The position numbers and the translations under genes are program-made. The notes beneath the pieces are model-generated. The model did not search any database. It saw only the letters and a program-made list of their open reading frames with translations, and was not told the DNA's origin. A DNA stretch of 64,000 nucleotides, taken from Felis catus (Eukaryota). Location of the stretch: the NCBI RefSeq assembly GCF_018350175.1, contig NC_058382.1, positions 55,492,001 to 55,556,000 on the forward strand, written 5' to 3'. Below are positions 39,851 through 52,240 of this stretch, one piece after another. Each line of letters begins with the position of its first letter. The stretch's first letter is position 1.

Positions 39851-40249
39851 CATGTGAAGGAATGGAATTTTGTCTTTGTCTTAAAAGCTGTGGAAAATGA
39901 TTGTTTTAACAGGATGGTGAATTAACACTTTTGCACTTCAAAGAGATCGTTTTGGCTGCAGTGTGGAAAATGGATTGGAGGAAGGCCAGTGTAGGTGAGG
40001 GTGGAATAGTTCATGCACTGTAATAGTCTAGGCAAACATAGTTGGAACAATAAAGATGGAGAGAAATAGATTTCAAAAATATTTAGGGCTCCTGATTGAC
40101 AGGACTTGGTGACAGATTGGCTATGGCAAGTGAAGGAGAAGGAGGTATTTGAAATGACTCCTAGGTGTCTGACTTTCTTAGCTGAATGGATGATGATGCG
40201 CTTCCCTCAGATGGGAGACTCTGGAAGGTCAGGTGTAGGCGAGGGAGTA

Positions 40250-40765
40250 CCAGTTAAGGTTTTGTATGAACCTAATAGAAGCTGGCTTAAACAAAAGGGG
40301 GATTAGTTAGCTAACAGAAATGGGAAAAAAAAAAAAAAAGGTAGACTGGCTTTAGGCAGGACTTGTTTAGGGAACAAACAATGTGACAAGGATCAGTCTC
40401 TCAGCTTTGCTTCCCTTGGGTACCTTTGGCTGCTTAGGGGGGAAGCAAGATGACCACATTCTCATATGACCAAGTACAGGAAGAGGGCTTTTCTCTCCAG
40501 GAGCCAGCTAAAGCATCATGGTGACTCATTTGCTCTGATTGGATTATATGCCCACAGGCCAAGAGACACCCTGTTTAGGGGGATAGGATATGTGGATTGG
40601 TATAATCACTGCTTACCCCTGGTTGTGGATGAGGGTGGGGTCAGTCTCATGGAAACTCATTTGGCCCAGAGTGGGAGGGATGAAGTCCCTGAAGGAAATT
40701 GAGATGTTGCTGCTGTTAAGTAGGGGAAAATTGGTGCTAGGAAAGTAACCAACAGTTCTCAATAC
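40250..40765 (-). mobile_element. Old MaLR LTR (MLT1K/L-like) inside L2
   Basis: CTGGCTTAAACAAAAGGGG and GAAATTGAGATGTTG motifs. Confidence 0.5.
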
Positions 40766-42071
40766 CACGGAGAAAGTTTCTGAGTTTTGTTCTGAACATG
40801 TGTTTGAGGTACCTTTAAAGATCTTCAAAAGACAATGGATGCATGGAGTTAATTCAGAGGAGAGTTCTGGGATGGATGTACCTTGGGAATAATTTGCATA
40901 AAAGTAGCCCTGAAACTGAGGGAATGGATAAAATTAACTAGGAGAGGAATACATACTGAGAAGAGAAGAGGGCCACGGACCAAAGATCAAGTGTGGAAGC
41001 ATTCCAACATTGAGTTGGAATTCTCCTAGGTCAAGGGTAATTATTCTGAAAAAAAAGAATAAACAAAGAGGTAGGAAGAAATCTTGGAGCACTGACTTAT
41101 TTAATAAATAATGAATGTGACACATAATAGCTGCCTCCTTGGAATTCACAGTCCAGTGACCAGACTTGAGTTCAAAATTGATGTAGAGAGAACTTCAATT
41201 TCCACAAGTTAACAGTTGTATTAGAGGCATAAACCCCCAGCCCATCCAGTGGGAGCACAGAGAAGAGAATGGCTAATTGTTCTTGGCAGGGTAAAGGGAT
41301 CACGTGAGAATCTTAAGAGATGAACAAGATTTTGCCATTTGGAGAAGGAAAAAGTTCAGGTCCAAGTTCAACTTACATAGAAGAGTCGGGAAGGAGTCAG
41401 AAGTAAGGGATGACAACCTAAGCCATGAGAAATTTAGGAAATAGGCAAGGACCTAGTAAATCTGTTGGCTAAGGAGGAAAAGCTGGGGGTATCATTTGGT
41501 TATGTTTTGGGATGGCTACTTATCTGTGAGCTTCACTGTATCCCTCTATCACTGCAAAACCCAACTTTACTGGCTTTTATCCTGGACTGGCTGGTTGGTT
41601 GACATATTATGTTGGTTTTGTTTGTTTGTTTGGCATTAGAAAGACTCTAAATCTAAAAGGTTTTTATAGTGGATTTTGACTAATTGCTTTCTATTACTTC
41701 CAAAGTGAAGACAGAAATAAGTGATTACCTTTCAACAAAGGCAATTTCACTTAAACATTAGGAAGTGTTTTCTTATCAGTGAATTTATTTTACTTGTCTG
41801 CATCAGCCTTACAACTTACAGACTCAGTCAACTATCATAACAGCCAAGGAAAGGAGGCTGTACAATAAACAAACAAACAGAAAACCAAATAAATAAAATC
41901 GGTAAGTTGACTGAGGATGGAAGAGTTAAGAAAATTACATATGGAGCAGTCACCATAACATTTCCAACTAACTAAGGCATATTTCTGAAGGAAGTATGAT
42001 TTAGGGATCTGATTAGCCAGAAGAGGTTGGGGATGGGGCACACTTTCCAGGCATTTCAGGCAGAGGGTAGC

Positions 42072-42760
42072 TGTGACAGGCACAATAATGCCCTCAAAGA
42101 TGTCCACATCCTTATTCCTAGAAACTGTGAATATATTGCCTTACATGGCAAGGAACAATTCAGGTTGCAGATGACATTAAGCTTGTTGATCAGCTGACTT
42201 GAAGAGAGGGAGATTGTTCTGGATTATTCTGGTGGGTCTCATTTAAATTTTTTTTTTTTAACATTCATTCATTTTTGAGAGACAGAGAGACAGAGTATGA
42301 GCCGGGGAGGGGCAGAGAGAGAGGGAGACACGGAATCTGAAGCAGACTCCAGGCTGTGAGCTGTCAGCAGAGAGCTCCACGCAGGGCTCGATCTCATGGA
42401 CTGTGAAATCATAACCTGAGCCGAAGTCATACGCTCAACCAACTGAGCCACCCAGGTGTTCCGTGGTGGGTCTCATTTTAAATCATAAGGATCCTTTAAA
42501 GTAGAGGAAGGCAGAAGAGGAAGTCAGAGAAAGATCTGAAGATGCGTTGCTGCTGGTTTTGAAGTTGGAGGTAGAGGCCATGAACAAAGGAATGCAGGCA
42601 GCCTCTAGAAGCTGGGAAAAGGCAAGGAAGCACATTCTCCTCTGGAGTCTCCAGAAAGGAGGGTTCTAACTCTGCTAACATCTCAACTGTAGCCCAGTAA
42701 GAGCCATTTTAGACTTCGGAGCTGCAGAACTGTAAGATAATACACTTGTGTATTTTTTAA
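42072..42760 (+). mobile_element. MaLR LTR (MLT1D-like), split by a SINE
   Basis: AAAGATGTCCACATCC, TTACATGGCAA, GCAGGCAGCCTCTAGAAGCTGG and AGAACTGTAAGATAATA motifs. Confidence 0.85.
42248..42462 (-). mobile_element. Can-SINE inside the MLT1D-like LTR
   Basis: TSD TGGTGGGTCTCATTT. Confidence 0.93.
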
Positions 42761-44504
42761 AATTTTGGTTTTAAAACTTTGATTATGAAAAAATTGTGCA
42801 TTGCAAGAATTAAAATCATTTGAACAACAATAACAACAACAAATGGCACTCTGATTAAACTATATTTTATAGCCTGCAGGATACCTTGGGCCAGCTTGGT
42901 TTTCACTAGAGATTTCTCTGCCAGCCTGCCACCCACTTCCCACCCCTCCCAGCTTCTTTCTTCACCAACATGCAAGTTCTTTTCCTTCCTTGTCAGCCAG
43001 AGAGGCCCATTGGAGAGGCAGGTTCAGCCTTCCTTGCCAATAGTTGTTTGACTTGAAAAGGGGGCAGCACAGTCATTTAAACTGGATCCAACCTCTTGGC
43101 TTCTTACAAAGTTAAACAGCTCAAAGAAAGAAGATAAGAAGACAATGCTTGTGGAACAGACAGTATGTATTGGCTTGCACGCCTCATTACAATTCACCTG
43201 CTTGTGGCTCCCATTCAGTGGTTTCTTCTGAAGGCAGTGGATTTTTCTCTTGCATTTTTATCTTCTTCAGTTTCTATGTATTGAATTTCTCAATCTCAGC
43301 CATATGGGGTTTGTCAGGCATAGTTGTAGAGGAAGCTGAGTGAGACATGTGAGCTGGCAAAGTCCGATCTGTGCAGTGGCCACTGAGTCTGAATTTGTAT
43401 GGTTTTAAGCCAAGTGGCTGAAATAGTCTAATGGATGAAAGACATAGAGTTGGTTTGCTTCTGGAATAGACAGAAGCCAGTTGGAAATAGGGGAGGCCAT
43501 GCACTCAAGATGTTATTATTACCTCTCTTTGGTTAATTAAAAAAATTTTTTTTAATTTGGGATAATTTCAGACTTTTAGAAAAGTTACAAAAATAGTGCA
43601 AAGAATGCTTGTGTATCCTTCACATAAGTACCTAAATTATAACAATTTAACATTTTTGCTTTATAATTTTCTCTCTGTACATAAATAAATATATACATGA
43701 AACATATAACTACAACGTATAGTATATAAATATAGTAAATATTCTCTCTAATATTTCACTATGTGGATATTTTATATTATGTATTATATATAATTTATTG
43801 AACTGTTTGAGTAAATTGAAGATATGGTGTCCCTCTCTTCCCCAAATACTTCAATGTGTGATTCCTGAAAAATATAACCACTGTACAGTGACCAAAATCA
43901 ATAAATTAAAAATGACACAGCATTATTAGGTGATGTAAAAGCCTATTTAAGTGTTGCCAATTGCCTCATTCATGTCTTTACAACAAAGAGAATATTTTTT
44001 TTCAGATCCAGTATCTAACCCAGGATCATGTGTTGCATTTGGATCTCATATTGTTTGTCTCCTTCAGTTTGGAGCAGTAATTCAGGTTCTCTCTGTTTCT
44101 CATGATTTCCACATTTTTAAAGAATACAGCCAATCATTTTGTAGACTATCCCTCATTATGGGTTATGTAATGGTCTTTTGTGATTAAGATTCAGGTTATG
44201 CTTTTTGGCAGGAGTTTTCAGCATTAGTACTGTGTCCTTCTCTGTGCATGATATCAGGAGGTACTTGCTGAAGATAATATTGCCAGCTTCACTGTAAAGT
44301 TGCTATCATTCTCTTTATATTTAATAAGTGTCTTGGGGAGGTATTTTGAGACAATACAAGTATGTTGTTTCTCATTAATACTTTCACTTGCTCATTTTAG
44401 CATCCATGATTCTTGTCTGAAACAAGTAATTCTATGGTGGCTGCCATTTAGAAATTCTCCAATTATTTAAACTTTAAATCTATGAGTCTAACAGGTGGGA
44501 TTTT

Positions 44505-44635
44505 TTAATTTTTTTATTTTTTTAATTTACATCCAAGTTAGTTAGCATAGAGTACAACAATGATTTCAGGAGTAGCCCATGTACTACTCCATGGGATTTA
44601 GCCCATCCCCCTTCCCATAACCCCTCCAGTAATAA
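44505..44635 (-). mobile_element. Short 5'-truncated carnivore L1 3' end
   Basis: T-rich tail followed by TTTACATCCAAGTTAGTTAGCAT...; flanked by the duplication AGGTGGGATTTTT. Confidence 0.75.
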
Positions 44636-45396
44636 GAGGTGGGATTTTTAAAACATAACCCCAATACCTTCATCTCATCTAAAACCAAATGAACAATAAT
44701 TCATTAATTTCCCAATTATCTTAGAAATTTTAAAAGCTCTTTATTTTGAGATAATTTTAGAGTTACAGAAGGATTTCAAAAGCAGTGTAGAGGGTTTCTA
44801 TATGCCAGTAATTTTCTGTTACATCTGTACATCACATTTGGAAGCATTGACAATTTAATAATACTGAGTCTTCTAGTCTATAAATGTGATTATTTGGATC
44901 TGCACATATTCTGTTATATATTATAACATGAATGACATATATAGAACTAAATTTCATTTTTGGAGTGCTACTAAAAATGGTATTTAAAAAAAATTGAATT
45001 CTAATTTGTCACTGCAAGTGTGCAGAATTGACTTTGTATCCTGCAGAGGTGCCAAACTCATATACAAGCTCTAAGAGATATGTCTGGTGTATATTTTGGG
45101 ATTTTCTATATAGACCATCATGTCATATGTGAATGGAGATGATTTTCTTTCTTCCTCTCCAATTTGTAAGCCTTTGATTTCCTTTTGTTGTTTTATTGCA
45201 CTGTCTAGAATGTGCCCAGTATGATGCATTCAGTATGGTGTTGAATAGGAGTGGTGAGAGAGGACATTCCTGGTTTGATCTAAATGGGAAAGCATTGAGT
45301 TTTGGGCCAATTGGTTGTCCTGAGACCTCATTTTCCAATGAGTTTGAAAGAAAAATTGAATTTGAAGATTTGTAGTTTCTGGCATTTTAAGAATAT

Positions 45397-45582
45397 ATTT
45401 TTTAAGTTTATTTATTTTGAAAGAGAGAGAGGCAGAGAGAGGGAGAGATGGAGAATCCCAGGCAAGCTCCACACTATCAGCACAGAGCTCAGCATGGGGC
45501 TTGAACTCACAAACCTCAAGATCATGATCTGAGCCAAAATCAGTAGTCAAATGCTCAACTGACTGAGCCACCCAGGTGTCCT
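45397..45582 (-). mobile_element. Can-SINE
   Basis: Head, CT tract and A tail. Confidence 0.9.
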
Positions 45583-46008
45583 TGGCCTTTTCCTTTTTGG
45601 TTGTACTAAGTGTGGGACTGATGTTCAGTCTAGCTGTCTATATCCCCGAGTGGAAACTGGAGGCTCCACACGTTTTTTTCTCACAACTGTTTGTTTGAGT
45701 CAGAATCCAAATGAGATGTATTTAACCTAATGTTGATATGTTCCTTAAGTCTCTTTTGATGTATATTTTGTTCTTCTTTTCCTGTCTATTTGTTCTTCTT
45801 GCTATTTTTTTTTCTGTTATTGTTGTCAAAGACACTGGGTTGTCTATTTTATAATGTTTCCCATAGTCTGAATTTTGCTGATTACATCCCCGTGGTATGG
45901 CTTAATATAGTCCTCTGCCCACTGTTTTCCTTGTAAATTGGTAGTTAGATCTTGAGGCTTTATCAGAATCAGGTTTATTTTTCCTTGAAAATTCATAATC
46001 TGGGTATT

Positions 46009-46010
<2 letters not shown>

Positions 46011-46050
<40 letters not shown>
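46011..46050. repeat. (GT)20 microsatellite
   Basis: Directly visible. Confidence 0.98.
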
Positions 46051-46053
<3 letters not shown>

Positions 46054-46119
46054 ATTTATCAGCTGTTGATGTTAGCTGCCCACCTCTCTATATTAGGGCT
46101 TTTAAAATGCCTTTCTTTT

Positions 46120-46344
46120 GGGGTGCCTGGGTGGCTCAGTCGGTTGGGCGTCTGGGTTTGGCTCAGGTGATGATCTCGTGGTCTGTGAGTTCGAGTCCTG
46201 TGTCAGACTCTGTGCTGACAGCTCAGGGCTTGGAGCCTGCTTCAGATTCTGTGTCTCCCTCTCTCTCTCCCCCTCCCCTGCCCACACTCTGTGTCTCTCT
46301 GTCTCTCAATAATAAAGAAACATTAAAAAATAAATAAAATAAAA
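46120..46344 (+). mobile_element. Can-SINE
   Basis: Head, CT tract and A tail. Confidence 0.93.
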
Positions 46345-49300
46345 TTCATTTCTTTTACTGTAATGAAGATCATAGTAAAAATTTGTAATGAAGTTGAAGA
46401 AAATGAGGCTCAGAAAGGTTAAGTGACTTTCCTAAGTCAGCATGTCCAGTTAGTAAAAGTTGTAGCCTGGAACCTGTGTTTTGGGAATGCAAGCCCTATA
46501 TGCTTTCTATAAGCATATTGCCTTTCCAGACATTGCATTATTAAGCAGTAGGAAGATCACTTTTCCATCCTGAGGTACATGAGGCAGATTCATCTCTTTT
46601 AGGAAGATTGAATTCTCTTTTGCTTAGAGACATAGGACCATACCAAATGATTATTCAAAAAAATATTCCCCTCAAGTTCTGGGTTACATCCCTTTTTATG
46701 GATACAATGAATTTTTTTTTTCATGCTAGTTCTAGTGTCTGGAATGGTGTCTAAACTCCACTCTGAATCCTGAGCACATTTGGGCTTCTGCTTGCTACTC
46801 CAGTGCTACAGAAGAAAAGACAACATGAACAGATGTAGATTAAGTACTACAAAGCAATTTGTTTCTTTTTTATACTGCATTCAAGACTTGCTACTAAAAT
46901 TTCTCCTCCACTTGGAAAGAGAGAGGGGGGAGGAAGGAGAGAGGGAAGGGATAATGTTGCAGTTGGTTTTTATCTACCACCTAAATTTTTCATGAGTTTG
47001 TATCTAAGGTGATATAGCATCTCTCTTGGGGGGCAGGCAATTCCATGAATTATTGGCTAGTGTTTTGTGGAGACAACTGAGAAAAAGACATTTTTAACTC
47101 TATAAAAATAGATTTATCACGTTCAAATCAACCAAGGACAGACATCTATCTTGACCTGAGCATTCACTTTTCAACACAAGTGGATGTACTCAGATACCCA
47201 TCCTGTATCATCTGATGCATGACTGTGATGTTCCTGAGCTTATTTTCCTAAAGAGGACATGAGCTTCCCATCCTGCAAGTATTTCCTGGTATCACTGTAT
47301 TATTAAATCTATAATAATAGGGATTATTATTGAAATAACTTTCAGTCTATTTCAAATCCAATTTTTGAATTAAGGAAGGATGAACTTGGCTTTGCCTTTT
47401 AACCACAGGGTTCTGGGAATTCCTAAGCAGAGGGAAGGCTCCACCTCCTCTGCTTTCTCCTACACAGACTCAGAAACTCTTCAGTGTGGATGGACTTTTT
47501 AGCCTATATTAAACATTTTGCTCTGTGTTGGGACAGATGGAAGTATTGGGATCATGCTGGGCATAGGAGAAAATGGAGCAGAAACCCAAAGAACATACCT
47601 AACTTTGGAAACAGTCTTAAGAGTCCATTGCAAGGACCACAGTGAACAGATATAACAGTAGGAGTTAAATTTAGCTCCCTACAACTTTTGGAATATTAAG
47701 GTAATATGGAGTTGTAGTGATTATCTTGTTCAATCCATTTGGGGAGTTGACTTACCTAAAGTCACAAAATTGCCACTGGCCAAACAGACGTTGAAGTTTT
47801 GTTCTCTTGAGCTGTTCCTTGAACTTCTCTTCCTTCAGCATCTGAATTCAGAAAACCTGGGCGTGGGGTCTGGCCCTCTTGTTAACTTCATCTGTGATCT
47901 TTTGCAAATCACTCATTGTCACTGAAACTCATTTTCCCCCTCTGAAAACTGTGGATAATGACACCTTTCAGGCTGTCGTTGACTAAATGGATTTGGAAGC
48001 CTTTGCAGAAGCAAAGCACATAGAGGAGTTAGTAGAGCTGTGGAATCAAGCTGACTCTAGTTGGATCCACTCATATTTCTTAGGAAATTTCATGCTGTAT
48101 CTAGACTTCTTCCTGAACACCTTGGGTGTGAATTCAAAGCCCATTAACATGCCATGCAATAAGAGGTGGTGAGGTGGTCAGCCGCTTCACCTCAGTAACA
48201 TCATCCCCAAGAACCCACTTATAGTCTGGAAGGAATCTGACTCTTGGGAGTTGCTGTAAAGATTATGTGGGCATCCTTTAGCATCTTCTTTCTGCTGTGA
48301 AAAAATATATATAGTTAATAGATTTCACTACTGTCTATAGGAGTGTTCACTAGGGATCTTTGGAAAGAGTAATCTTCACATTTAGAAGTATTTTCTCATT
48401 ATGGATAATGGGATGATGAGGTGAAAAATGATCTTGGCTACTTATGATTCTAAAAAGCCTTCGGACTGAATAATGTTTGGTGAATTAGACATAATGAAAG
48501 CAAAGAAATAACTCATTTACTACAAGGTCCACTTAGTTATTTAATCACTTTTACTGTCATACAAATATGCATTCCCATGCAAAGTGGTGAAAAAGTTAGT
48601 AATGGCATAAAATGCAGTTGTATAATGACAGCTCTCTTATATAAAGGGAGAGCTTCATTCTGGACAGTTCTGTGATTGAGCCAAGACTCCTTGTGGCATG
48701 GACCTTGTAGAGGAGCAGTGATTGGAATCCCTCACCTTGTCCCTAGATTATTATACATTGTTGAACAGAGAGGCATAAAATTGGCAAGTTAGACCTGGAT
48801 TTTGTTTGTGCTGAAATGAGATCATTAGCGTGAAAATACTTTGGGAGAATACTGGCAGAATATGGAGTTACTATTACCTTAAATTTTTAGAAAATATAGG
48901 GCAAAGAAGGGAATGGATGCTCTTAGCCACATATTCTGAAAATATTACCAGAAAAACCAGTCCTCGAGTTATGACAGGCATCAAAATGCCCCATTTGGAT
49001 TCTGGTGTCACCTGAAATTATTAGCAAAAAGCACAATTTGCCAAATCGTGTTACAGACGCTGAGTGTGCAGGAACTCAGTGATGTGGGGCGGCCAGTGCA
49101 GAGAGGAGCGATTAGAGGGAGCTACACAAATCTTAAAGAACGGGAGAAATTTAAGTAGGGGGAACAGGAAGGCACATTCCAGGCCTGTAGTGGCTGGAAA
49201 TCTGTGAATGGTTCTAACAGCTGGGCCAATGCTAGTGTTGTACCCTTGCCCTTCTTCTGGGTCCCCAGAGTTTTTAATAATGAGTCAATTTGAAGATCTT

Positions 49301-49496
49301 GCTCAAAGATGAGCACAAGTGTAGTCGTGACACAGAAGATGGCAGCACTGGATGGTGAAACTTTTCTCCCCTCTCAGTCTCATTAAACTGTAAAGCAAGT
49401 ATTCTCTCCTTTAAGAGAGTTGCAGTAATTGCCATCATCCTCCTGGCTCAGCTCTGCTTCATATCAAGAGCTGTGACAGAGAGAGTATCTGTTAGA

Positions 49497-49821
49497 GCTC
49501 TACTGTCCAACAGAAACTAATGCAAGCCACGTATGTAAGCCACGTGCGCAAGCTACATGTGCAGTTTAAGTTTTCTAGTAGCCACATTAAAAAAGTAGAA
49601 ACAAATCTGATGGAGTTATTTTAATATATATTTTATTTGACATCATATATGTAATCAGTATAAGAAATTATTAATGAGACAATTTATATTCTTTGTTTTC
49701 AAAACGAGTCTTCAAAATCTGAGTATATTTTACTTTTTTAGCACATCTCAATTTGGACTAGCCAGATTCTAAGAGCTCAGCAGCCACATGTGGCTTTTGG
49801 CTACTATATTGGACACCACAG
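49497..49821. mobile_element. hAT MITE (MER33/MER3-like)
   Basis: CTGTCCAACAGAAA and TATATTGGACA termini; GCACATCTCAATTTGGACTAGCCA motif. Confidence 0.75.
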
Positions 49822-49994
49822 GATTTTCTTTTCCCTTTGAGATGTGGCTCTGCCTGAGTTCAATTCTGTATTTGAGGATATATTTCCAAAGTATCTGGGT
49901 GGGGTGGGGGCATCTGTCCATACCTAATGACACATCCCAAATCAGCTCCATGTGATCTAAAAAGTTAAAATATTTACCAGTATAATTTGTATGT

Positions 49995-50641
49995 TGTTGT
50001 AGAATCTGGGTCTGGAGTTCTCTCTTGTCCAGCAAGAGCGGGACACAGGATTAAACATGTGAGAGAGGCTAATGTCTGGAAGGAGACAAGAGCCCCGAGT
50101 AAGGGTCCTTGCTTCCTTATTATTAGGATCAGAAGGCTTACAAGTGAGATGGGAGTACATAGAGAGACAGTGAAATCGGGAACATTAACTCATGGGCATG
50201 GGGCAAAGGGGGTTTTGGAGAGATGCAGTGTTAGGGGTTTGGGTCAATACAAAACAAGATTCTGGTGCTGGGTGGAAGGTTATTTACAGCAAACAAGAGA
50301 TCCCACCTAAACTGGCCTAGGAGACAAGAAAGACAAAGCATGCTGCCTTAGGGTCAACAAGGGATCTTTCTTTTGCTAATTAGCTCCTCTCTGGGCATCT
50401 TCACCCTGCTGCAGTCTATAGCCCTGTTTACCTAATTTGGTCCTTTCTTCCTGCGAAAGCAGCTTTCTGCTATTGTCCTATACCTTTGTCCTATACTGGG
50501 GGCCTTTTCCCCCTTTACCTAATTTTACTTACCTAATCTTGTTTACCCAAATTTGGGTGTGCTCATCCTATGGCTTTATCATCTTTATGCCTTATTAGCC
50601 CATCAGTGCAGGCTCAGGGAATTCCTAAGCTTATTCCCCAA
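49995..50641 (-). mobile_element. Probable solo LTR (carnivore ERV1-like)
   Basis: Begins TGTTGTAG and ends ...TTCCCCAA. It is more GC-rich than the flanks and carries repeated TTTACCTAATTT motifs. Orientation and boundaries are inferred. Confidence 0.5.
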
Positions 50642-51008
50642 GGTATGTATGTTAGTTTTCTTAATTTTGAACAGAAAAAAAAATCACAAAAGAAACATTT
50701 GGTAATCTACCACCATCACAATATAAAACTTATAAGTAATGAAAAAGTCAAAATTATTATTAAAAGAAGGAAACAGATTGAAGGAGATATTTGCATTTAT
50801 TATGAGAGAGGTTTTAATGAATACCTACAACATATAAAAAACCTCATTCACATATAAGGAATAAAATTAATACCTCATTTGATTTATGGGATATAATTTA
50901 TAGAAGAGAAAAAAGAGAAAATGAAAGCATTCAATTTGTTATTCCTTAAAGGAATGAAAACCAAACTATCATTAAAACAAGGTAATTTTTTATACTTACG
51001 AGTGAAAC

Positions 51009-51312
51009 TGTTATGGAACCAGGCTGGGACTCTGGTGGAAAAACCAAGCGGCACTTGGAGATCTTGGTGGATCAGAGATTTATTTAACACTGGCAGACTC
51101 AGAGGAGACTGTTTCTCCAAAGTTCTGATCCCCTAATGAAGAGGGGAAAGGTAATTTATAGCTGTCAGCTTCCATATTTGTGGCAGGTTTTCGTGTGGGC
51201 AACAAACAGGGCAAGAAGAACCCGTAAGAGGGGTCTCCAAGCTAGTGACCAGAGCTTGTTTTAGTCCTATTGGCCATCTTATGGTGTAAAACTTTATTCA
51301 TTTTTCCCAACA
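51009..51312 (-). repeat. 3' LTR of the provirus
   Basis: Preceded on the minus strand by the polypurine tract AAAGGGGGGAA (51313-51323). Minus-strand CCAAT (~51269-51273), TATAAA (51155-51160) and AATAAA (~51079-51084). Confidence 0.93.
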
Positions 51313-51370
51313 TTCCCCCCTTTGATGCCTTTTTAAAAAAAATCTTTTACTAGGCCATCACTTTTTGGCT

Positions 51371-51910
51371 CTAGGGGTTGGTACCTCGGAGGGCTAAGAA
51401 ACGTGCTGCAGTTTGGCGAGCAGCAGTGTTTTCAATAAAACGTACCAGGGTATGTAATATACAGGGGCCAATGGTCACAAGTAAAATTATGGAACAGAGG
51501 GGCCCTGCCAGGTCGGGGATCCAGGATGCCCAGTCTGTGAGATCCCATCCTCTCCATTGACTGATATTTTCCTGTTGTCTATGTTGAATTCTTTCCTTGA
51601 GTTCTTTAACCTTAGTTGTAACTATTCCTGACTGGCTTATGAAATAGCAACATTCCTCCCCCAGAAAGATACAAGTCCCTCCTTTTTCTGAAGTGAGGAG
51701 GTCGAGGGTTCGCCTATTTTGGGGGGACACTGCTGCCAGGGAGTTTATTTGGCTTTGTCAGGTTACCAGGGAGTCTGCCATCTGTTGCATGGCCAGTTTG
51801 TTAGTGCAGTCTCTATTAGCCCGACAGCAAGAAGCAAGATCAGGGCGATAACACCAGTAAGGGGCAAGGGCTGGCAGAGTTGCCTCTGAACCCCAGGGCT
51901 TGGTCCACAT
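51371..51910 (-). pseudogene. env: SU-deleted env: leader remnant joined to TM
   Basis: [45 protein letters not shown] contains the heptad, immunosuppressive domain and CX6CC. It is followed by the membrane anchor LAGPLCSIILLVTIGPCIL. In-frame TGA at 51758-51760. Confidence 0.92.
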
Positions 51911-51989
51911 GTTGATTCCTCAAGCTTCTGCCGTGCGCAGGCCAGCCAGCTTCTGGGGTGTGGCTGGAGCAGGGCTGGAGGTCTCAGGG

Positions 51990-52240
51990 GATAGTGTCTT
52001 TTTGAGGGTCAGTTTAAGCAGGTTGACTGGATCTGGATCACTTTGCCAGGTTGAGGGTTCCTCTGAGTTGGCTTTCTTAGCTCTGGAGTGATGGACCCAT
52101 GGGGTGATACCTGAAGCTGAATCCTCTATTTGGTTGTTTGTCTGCAAAGTCAACCTCCAAGTCTTCAAAAGGGGTGGGTTTCTGGTAACTGTCAGATCAG
52201 GTTTAGGGAAGATATGGTTTGCATATTTAGAGATCCATCC
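51990..52240 (-). pseudogene. pol: Integrase C-terminal remnant of pol
   Basis: LLKTWR...GITPWVHHSRAKKA...WQSDPDPVNLLKLTL, typical of the class I IN C-terminus. No PR, RT or RNase H motifs seen. Confidence 0.75.

Larger units (their letters stand above)
38840..41030 (+). mobile_element. L2 fragments with nested LTRs
   Basis: TTTATTGAGTGCC, CATTCCAGGCAGAGGAA, TGGCTGCAGTGTGGAAAATGGATTGG and GACAGGACTTGGTGACAGATTGG motifs. Confidence 0.65.
43545..45960 (-). mobile_element. Cluster of antisense L1M fragments with nested insertions
   Basis: L1 ORF2-like peptide NAFPFRSNQECPLSPLLFNTIL (in ORF 45123-45338) and L1MC-type 3' UTR motifs. Confidence 0.7.

Noticed and set aside
51371..51730. Functional syncytin / captured env gene
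   Set aside because: No SU, furin site or fusion peptide, an upstream in-frame stop, and the ORF begins at GTG.
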